Positions 58,244 through 64,000 of a stretch of 64,000 bases of DNA are shown in pieces (within the stretch, counting starts at the first letter, position 1; every line of letters starts with the position of its first letter). A program made the translations under genes and the position numbers. The notes under the pieces were generated by a model. That model saw only the letters and a program-made list of their open reading frames with translations, searched no databases and was not told the origin of the DNA. Source of the stretch: Candidatus Kaiserbacteria bacterium (lineage in GTDB: Bacteria; Patescibacteriota; Minisyncoccia; Phycocordibacterales; JABAAK01); assembly GCA_026713605.1 (NCBI GenBank), contig JAPOOC010000007.1, positions 59,418 through 123,417 on the forward strand, given 5' to 3'.

Positions 58244-58441
58244 ATGATACATCGCCTCATATTCATCACAAGCGTTTTATTACTATCATTTCCATTCGTG
58301 GGAGTGCCGGGGGAATGGAAGGTGTGGGTGGCATTCGGAATAGGAACGCTCTTTTTCATATACTCCATTTACAGCGCGACACAGCATATCTCCGAAAAGG
58401 AGGTAGAGAGTAACACAGAAACAAGCACTGAAAAAAAATAA
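58244..58441 (+). CDS. Small two-TM membrane protein
   Basis: 65 aa, two hydrophobic helices, stop 6 nt before the ATPase gene start. Confidence 0.4.
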   Translation: MIHRLIFITSVLLLSFPFVGVPGEWKVWVAFGIGTLFFIYSIYSATQHISEKEVESNTETSTEKK

Positions 58442-58447
58442 TAACAT

Positions 58448-61090
58448 ATGGCATACGATCCTGAAAGAATAGTAAATATAGGGGAATTAGAGAAGCGGGG
58501 AAAGACCGTGTGCTTCGGCATCAAGGAAAAAGATCGGTCACGCCACATCTATGTCATCGGGCAAACAGGTACCGGTAAATCAACACTGCTGGAGATGCTA
58601 GCAATGCAAGACATTCGTAACGGCACGGGACTGATTTTTATGGATCCGCACGGACAATCAGTTGAAGCACTGCTGAACTATGTAACCCATGAACATATGG
58701 ACAAAATTATTTACTTCGCGCCACAGCATCAGGAGAAACCAATCGGGCTGAATATCATGGAAGACATCGGGTACGACAAGCGACACCTGGTAGTAAGCAG
58801 TTTGATGGCATCGTTTGAAAAAATTTGGGGAGCAGGCACATGGTCAGACCGAATGGCGTATATTCTGCAGAACACCCTACTTGCGCTGATTGAGTACCCG
58901 GACACAACATTGCTTGATGTGGGACGGATGTACTCCAGCAAAGATTTTCGTGAAAAGGTGGTCGCCAACCTAAAAGACCCGCAGGTACGAAAATACTGGG
59001 TTGAGGAATTCGCAAACTATACAGAGCGGTACGCACAGGAAGCAACGCCCTCCATTCAGAACAAACTCGGGCAATTCACCTCCAATCCACTGATGCGAAA
59101 TATTATCGGGCAAAAAGAATCAGCATTTAATTTTCGGGAACTGATGGACGAGGGGAAGATACTGCTGGTGAACTTATCAAAAGGACAGATTGGTGAAAAT
59201 AACGCGCGCATGCTCGGTGTGCTGTTTACAACAAAGATCTATCTGGCGGCACTGTCAAGAAGTGATATGACGAAAGCAGAGCTGGAGGCAGCAAATCCCT
59301 GCAACTTCTTTGTTGACGAGTTTCAATCATTCGCAAACTCATCCTTTTCCGACATTCTTTCCGAGGCGCGAAAGTATAAGTTGAACCTCATAATGGCACA
59401 CCAATATCTAGGACAACTCTATTCTGACGATTCCGGGAGCGGTGACGCGATTCGGGATGCGGTATTCGGCAATGTGGGAACCTTTGTGTCTTTCCGAGTC
59501 GGTCCAGTTGATGCGGAGATTATTGCAAAACAGTTTGCGCCAGATATCATGGAGGAAGATTTGGTCGCATTGCCGAGATACCACATATATCTCACGCTGA
59601 ATATTGATGGCGCAGGGTCCATGCCGTTCTCCGCAAGAACTTTTTATGAACCAGCACCAGAAAATGAGTCACTGGAGCAAGAAGTAATACAGCGGACGAT
59701 GGACACCTACGGCGTGGATCGGGAGATAGTAGAAAAGTTGGTTGAAGACAACCTTGCAGAAGATGCTCGCGCGAGCGAAGCGGAAAAGAAAGGCGGGCAA
59801 AAAGGAGGGAAGCAGCAAGGGTGGGGGAAGAAGTCAGGAGGAGGAGGCAACGCAAAAGGCGGGCAGAAGCAACAGGGCGGGCAGAAAGGAGAGGAAAATC
59901 ACATGCCACTAAAAGGACTACTGCAACAAGCGATACAGCAACAAGGGACAGCAAAACCAAAAAAACAGATTGAGCGAAGTACGGAAAACAAAAAAGTTAC
60001 AGAAAGGCAGAAAGCCATGCCAGTCAGCATGCTCAAAACAGAGGGTGAGAGCAAAGAAGTAGGGCAGGAAAAAGGCGAAGAGCAGGATGAAAAACAAAAG
60101 AAGCCACTACTCGGAAAACTGTTCACCCGCAAAAGTGCGACACAGGAGGAAACAGGAGAAAAGACAGACAGAGATACAGCACCGCCAGCGGCAAGAGAGC
60201 AACAACCACCAGTAAAACAAGTACAAACAAAAACACCTCCTCAAAGACCAGAGCAAGAGAGGGACAAGCAAGGCGCAGAACACCGACAGCAAAGACAAAA
60301 ACCAAACAGAGAACAAGACCCTAAGCCGCCAGCAAGAGACGAGCCACAGATGCGCAATCCGAAATCACAGAAACCAGTCCGCAGAGGGCAGGGCAGGCAG
60401 GAAGAACAAGCGCCAAAAGAAATCACCCAAAAACACACGCAAAACAACAACACCGAAAGACCACGAAGACCAAGAGCCAGGCGCACTGACCAAAGAGAAA
60501 AAACCACCACGCGTCACGCCAAGCAACAAGAGAGGTCGCACGAACTACAACAGAAGAGCAGAGAGGTCGCCAGAGGGGAAAAAAATAGCCCACAAGGCCA
60601 AAAAAAGCAACACGAAAGAAGAAGGAGGAGTGGAGAAAAAAATACAAAACAGCAAAACACCCCACAAAAATCAACCATACCGGCAACAAGGCAGAAAAAA
60701 AACAAATCTGCAAAGATACACGAAAAAAGCGACACACCAAACCGTCAGGAAAAGAGCAGAGAACACGCACCACAGCAACGGGCAGAAAAACAGCCACAGC
60801 CAGCCAGCCAGGCGCAACGACTACCATCTGGCGTACTGACCGGCACGGTATCACGAAGCATGGCGACACAGCAAAACGCAGAAAATAAGCAACAAGAAAC
60901 ACCGCAACAGCAGAACAGACCACAGCCAATCAACACGAATGGCGGGCTGGGTGACCTCGTGAAATCAGCAAAAGCAAGCGGACTACGAAAAGACCTCAAG
61001 GTCGCTCCAAAAAAAGAAAAACAAGCACCACCAGTTAGCTACGAAGAGGGCTGGGTCGCCATCGGCGACCTCAGTAAAGTTCCCGAATAA
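58448..61090 (+). CDS. VirD4/TraG-like (FtsK/HerA superfamily) P-loop ATPase with ~400-aa disordered K/Q/E/R-rich C-terminal tail
   Basis: Walker A VIGQTGTGKSTLL, Walker B FFVDEFQSF, conserved AHQ...; no N-terminal TM; tail is low complexity (GGQKGGKQQGWGKK..., QERDKQGAEHRQQRQKP...). Confidence 0.6.
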   Translation: MAYDPERIVNIGELEKRGKTVCFGIKEKDRSRHIYVIGQTGTGKSTLLEMLAMQDIRNGTGLIFMDPHGQSVEALLNYVTHEHMDKIIYFAPQHQEKPIGLNIMEDIGYDKRHLVVSSLMASFEKIWGAGTWSDRMAYILQNTLLALIEYPDTTLLDVGRMYSSKDFREKVVANLKDPQVRKYWVEEFANYTERYAQEATPSIQNKLGQFTSNPLMRNIIGQKESAFNFRELMDEGKILLVNLSKGQIGENNARMLGVLFTTKIYLAALSRSDMTKAELEAANPCNFFVDEFQSFANSSFSDILSEARKYKLNLIMAHQYLGQLYSDDSGSGDAIRDAVFGNVGTFVSFRVGPVDAEIIAKQFAPDIMEEDLVALPRYHIYLTLNIDGAGSMPFSARTFYEPAPENESLEQEVIQRTMDTYGVDREIVEKLVEDNLAEDARASEAEKKGGQKGGKQQGWGKKSGGGGNAKGGQKQQGGQKGEENHMPLKGLLQQAIQQQGTAKPKKQIERSTENKKVTERQKAMPVSMLKTEGESKEVGQEKGEEQDEKQKKPLLGKLFTRKSATQEETGEKTDRDTAPPAAREQQPPVKQVQTKTPPQRPEQERDKQGAEHRQQRQKPNREQDPKPPARDEPQMRNPKSQKPVRRGQGRQEEQAPKEITQKHTQNNNTERPRRPRARRTDQREKTTTRHAKQQERSHELQQKSREVARGEKNSPQGQKKQHERRRRSGEKNTKQQNTPQKSTIPATRQKKNKSAKIHEKSDTPNRQEKSREHAPQQRAEKQPQPASQAQRLPSGVLTGTVSRSMATQQNAENKQQETPQQQNRPQPINTNGGLGDLVKSAKASGLRKDLKVAPKKEKQAPPVSYEEGWVAIGDLSKVPE

Positions 61091-61167
61091 CACCCACCAC
61101 AAGCATCTTCAGCAATCTCTGCTGCATGGTATACTAACAAAAGAGCAAAAAGAGAAATCAAGATGTT

Positions 61168-61401
61168 TCATAGCATCTTCAATATCCTCGCCCAAGCAGG
61201 ATAACCCTTCATTTTGCAGAAGTCACCGAGTTTTGTTTCAAAAGGTATATCCATGGCAATCCCGTATTTTTTTGCAATAACACCAACTTTCGTATCATAA
61301 TTGTACACCTCCTTCACCAAGCTCTTTTTTCTTGCTCCACTCGCACCAGTTTTTTTTACTATTTGCGCTACCTTCTTTTTCATGTCAAAAGTATACCACA
61401 C
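61168..61401 (-). CDS. Hypothetical small basic protein
   Basis: 77-aa ORF between the ATPase gene and ileS; no family recognised. Confidence 0.3.
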   Translation of the reverse strand: MWYTFDMKKKVAQIVKKTGASGARKKSLVKEVYNYDTKVGVIAKKYGIAMDIPFETKLGDFCKMKGYPAWARILKML

Positions 61402-61454
61402 ATCAAATCTTTCAAGAGATTTCTATACAATGCGTGTGGTACAATACCGATATT

Positions 61455-64000
61455 ATGATTGAAAAAAAGGGTGAAAATCGGGAGACGGTCGCTAGTCGGG
61501 AAGAGCGGATGTTACGATTTTGGCGGGAACATGCCATTTTTGAAAAAAGTGAGGGAAGAGAGAAAAAAACTTTGTTACAGCGAGTGGTGCAGAGCATAGT
61601 GCCAAAAAGGAAATTTATATTCTACGACGGCCCACCATTTGCAACCGGACTGCCACATTTCGGCAATATTTTGGCAAGTATTGTGAAAGATGCAGTGCCA
61701 CGGTACAAGACCATGCGGGGATATCAGGTGCGTCGCCGATGGGGGTGGGATTGCCATGGGTTACCACTTGAGGTGGAGATGGAAAAAAAAATCGGCACCA
61801 AAACAAAGCGAGATATTGAGGAGTATGGCATAGAACAATTCAACCGTGGTATCCGAGACACCATTTTCACCTATGCGGATGAGTGGAAAAAAATTATTCC
61901 ACGAATTGGTCGGTGGGTGGATATGGATAACGATTATCGCACACTCAACACGGCATACATAGAGTCAGTGTGGTCGGTATTCCGTCGGCTGCATACCCGC
62001 GGGTTCGTGAGTAATGGTTTTAAATCATTGCATCTCTGCCCCCGATGCTCAACCGCCATCTCAAATGCAGAAGTTGCAGATAATTATGAGGCACTGACTG
62101 ATACGGCGGTCTATGTTCTGTTCCCGCTGAAGGATGATTCGAACACACACCTCGTCGCATGGACGACAACACCATGGACGCTATTCGGCAATGTCGCCCT
62201 CGGTGTAGATGAAAAGATGGAATACACCGTCATAGAAAAAGAGGGAAAGAAATACATCCTCCACCAAAGTGCAGCAGACAACATAGACGGCGGCACTGCC
62301 ACAGGAACAAAAAAAGGGTCTGAATTAATCGGGAAAGAGTACCTGCCACCATTTGACTATCTCTACGCCAAAGATGAAGAGTTGGTGAAAGCAAAGTTAT
62401 GGCGAGTGCAAAAAGTATCGTACATTGAGGAGGAGGTCGGCACTGGCATTGTGCACCTCGCCCCGGCATACGGAGCGGAAGATATGGAAACCGCACGGCA
62501 AGAAGGGTTGCCAATTCGACATCACATCACAAAAGATGGCGAGTTTATGCCACAAATAGAAGGGTACGCCGGCTTGCGCCCCAAAGAAGCAGGAAACCCA
62601 AAAACAGTGGATGAAAAAATACTGCAAGATTTACAAAATAAAGAACTATTGCTCCGCAGTGAGCCAATAGAACACACCTATCCGGTGTGCTGGCGCTGTA
62701 AAACACCCCTCCTAAACTACGCTGCGAATTCGTGGTTTGTGCATGCAGAGCAATATAAAAACCGCATGGTAGCAGAAAACAAAAAGGTTAGTTGGGTACC
62801 AAAACACATCCGAGATGGCCGATTTGGCAACTGGCTGAGTGATGCGCGGGAATGGGCAGTATCCCGAGACCGCTTTTGGGGCGCACCGATACCAGCGTGG
62901 AAGGTTGAGAAAACAGGAGAACACATTATTGTCGGATCGTTAGAAGAGATGTTCCAAAAAATGCGACCAAGAAATCAGTACTTGTTTGTACGGCACGGAC
63001 AATCAGTAAGCAATGAGAAAGGTGTGCTGAACTGCAAAAAAGAAGCTGGTGACGGACTGACCGAAAAAGGAAAAGAGCAGGCGGCAGAAACCGCACGAAA
63101 ATTAAAAGATAAAAAACCAACAGTGATTTTTTACTCACCCCTGACTCGTACACGAGAAACAGCAGAATACATCGCAAAAGAAACCGGCGCAAAAATGATT
63201 GAGGAGCCACTACTGACTGAATTACAGGTGCCGAGTATGCACAATCGACCAGTGCGTGAGTTATGGAAAGAGATTCGTGAAGCCGGCGCATTCCGTGATC
63301 TCAGTAGAAACATAGACGGCGGTGAATCATTTGTAGAGGTGTATGAGCGGATACTACAATTTTTTGAAAAGGTGGATCAACAGTATAAAGACACAAACAT
63401 TGTGGTGGTCACACACCGTGCAGTTATCAATATGGCACGCTCAATCGCGCCGACACACGACCTGTTCAAGAAGCGCTACAAGAAGAACACTATACTCAAG
63501 TCAACCAACAATGCAAGCATGCACACTATTCGTTACACACATATACAACGCGATGAAAACAAAGAAGTTGACCTGCACCGACCATATATTGACGAAGTGG
63601 TGCTGTATGACACGGACGGAAACCCAGCATATCACACCAAGGAGGTGTTTGACTGCTGGTTTGAATCAGGTGCAATGCCATACGGGTCACATCACTACCC
63701 GTTTGAGAATACATGGTCATTCAACCCAACCTTGCGACGCGGCTTCCCAGCGCATTTCATTTGTGAAGGGTTAGATCAAACTCGCGGGTGGTTTTACAGT
63801 TTGATGGCAATCGGTGTAGGGGCATTTGATCAAGCACCATACCGCAAAGTAATAGTAACCGGCTTAATTCGCGCTGCAGACGGAAAGAAGATGAGCAAAA
63901 GTTTGCAGAACTATACTGACCCGATGAAACTCATTGAACAATACGGAGCAGATGCACTACGGCACTATCTCCTCGGTTCGCCAGTAGTGCGCGGAGAAGA
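61455..64000 (+). CDS. ileS: Isoleucine--tRNA ligase (type 2, eukaryote-like), 3' end outside window
   Basis: Hand translation: FYDGPPFATGLPHFGN (HIGH region), WDCHGLP, zinc motif YPVCWRCKTPL, KMSKS at 63888; absent from the ORF track because there is no in-window stop. Confidence 0.9.
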   Translation, partial: MIEKKGENRETVASREERMLRFWREHAIFEKSEGREKKTLLQRVVQSIVPKRKFIFYDGPPFATGLPHFGNILASIVKDAVPRYKTMRGYQVRRRWGWDCHGLPLEVEMEKKIGTKTKRDIEEYGIEQFNRGIRDTIFTYADEWKKIIPRIGRWVDMDNDYRTLNTAYIESVWSVFRRLHTRGFVSNGFKSLHLCPRCSTAISNAEVADNYEALTDTAVYVLFPLKDDSNTHLVAWTTTPWTLFGNVALGVDEKMEYTVIEKEGKKYILHQSAADNIDGGTATGTKKGSELIGKEYLPPFDYLYAKDEELVKAKLWRVQKVSYIEEEVGTGIVHLAPAYGAEDMETARQEGLPIRHHITKDGEFMPQIEGYAGLRPKEAGNPKTVDEKILQDLQNKELLLRSEPIEHTYPVCWRCKTPLLNYAANSWFVHAEQYKNRMVAENKKVSWVPKHIRDGRFGNWLSDAREWAVSRDRFWGAPIPAWKVEKTGEHIIVGSLEEMFQKMRPRNQYLFVRHGQSVSNEKGVLNCKKEAGDGLTEKGKEQAAETARKLKDKKPTVIFYSPLTRTRETAEYIAKETGAKMIEEPLLTELQVPSMHNRPVRELWKEIREAGAFRDLSRNIDGGESFVEVYERILQFFEKVDQQYKDTNIVVVTHRAVINMARSIAPTHDLFKKRYKKNTILKSTNNASMHTIRYTHIQRDENKEVDLHRPYIDEVVLYDTDGNPAYHTKEVFDCWFESGAMPYGSHHYPFENTWSFNPTLRRGFPAHFICEGLDQTRGWFYSLMAIGVGAFDQAPYRKVIVTGLIRAADGKKMSKSLQNYTDPMKLIEQYGADALRHYLLGSPVVRGE

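Noticed and set aside
59592-60999. Dense set of short minus-strand ORFs under the 3' half of the 58448 ATPase gene
   Set aside because: They are artefacts of the A/G-rich low-complexity tail (their products are poly-Leu/Cys/Phe nonsense); the plus-strand frame is continuous with the ATPase domain.

Overview
This 64-kb window comes from a compact bacterial genome with moderate GC (roughly mid-40s %) and reduced, CPR/Patescibacteria-like gene content. It uses the standard genetic code, since TGA is used as a stop. IF-2 lacks its N-terminal domains, S1 has only 4 domains, DnaJ has no Zn-finger, and dnaK-dnaJ sits without grpE or hrcA/CIRCE. Most of the window is housekeeping. The genes are a GspE/PilB ATPase, ruvB, yebC, ruvC (no ruvA), a class A PBP, dnaK/dnaJ, a type IV pilin, two tandem RNase J paralogs (the second with degenerate catalytic motifs), an OppA-like SBP, secG, rpoD, a PIF1/RecD-like helicase, trxB, ftsZ-ftsA, ybeY, rpsU, hisS, lepB, pth, rpsA, gyrA, rbfA-infB, clpB, rpmG, rsmI and ileS (runs off the 3' end). 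There are six tRNA genes: Thr-GGU, Cys-GCA, Leu-UAG, Lys-CUU, Leu-UAA and Tyr-GUA. No rRNA or CRISPR was seen. Five things deserve a second look. (1) Five paralogous VirB2/TrbC-like two-TM pilin genes flank a lipoprotein peptidoglycan amidase. They also flank a ~440-nt minus-strand ncRNA candidate defined by a near-consensus promoter (TTGACA-17-TATAGT) and twin terminators, with no ORF. (2) A GC-rich block at 40.2-45.5 kb holds monocistronic secreted-protein or lipoprotein genes of unknown function, each with its own promoter and terminator and with strong GC hairpins immediately 5' of the SD. A 30-nt 5' motif there is shared with a gene at 48.4 kb. The block abuts tRNA-Cys. (3) A divergent tRNA-Leu / tRNA-Lys / tRNA-Leu cluster has each tRNA-Leu followed by two tandem ~120-bp units. 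Each unit is the 3' two-thirds of the cognate tRNA fused to a conserved palindrome-bearing spacer. (4) An AT-rich ~2.2-kb insert sits between that array and tRNA-Tyr. It carries a Dam-family (D12) N6-adenine methyltransferase and a convergent, overlapping unknown gene that may be its restriction endonuclease. (5) A VirD4/TraG-like P-loop ATPase with a ~400-aa disordered K/Q/E/R-rich tail is preceded by a tiny 2-TM protein gene. All calls rest on motif recognition by eye; no database search was possible.
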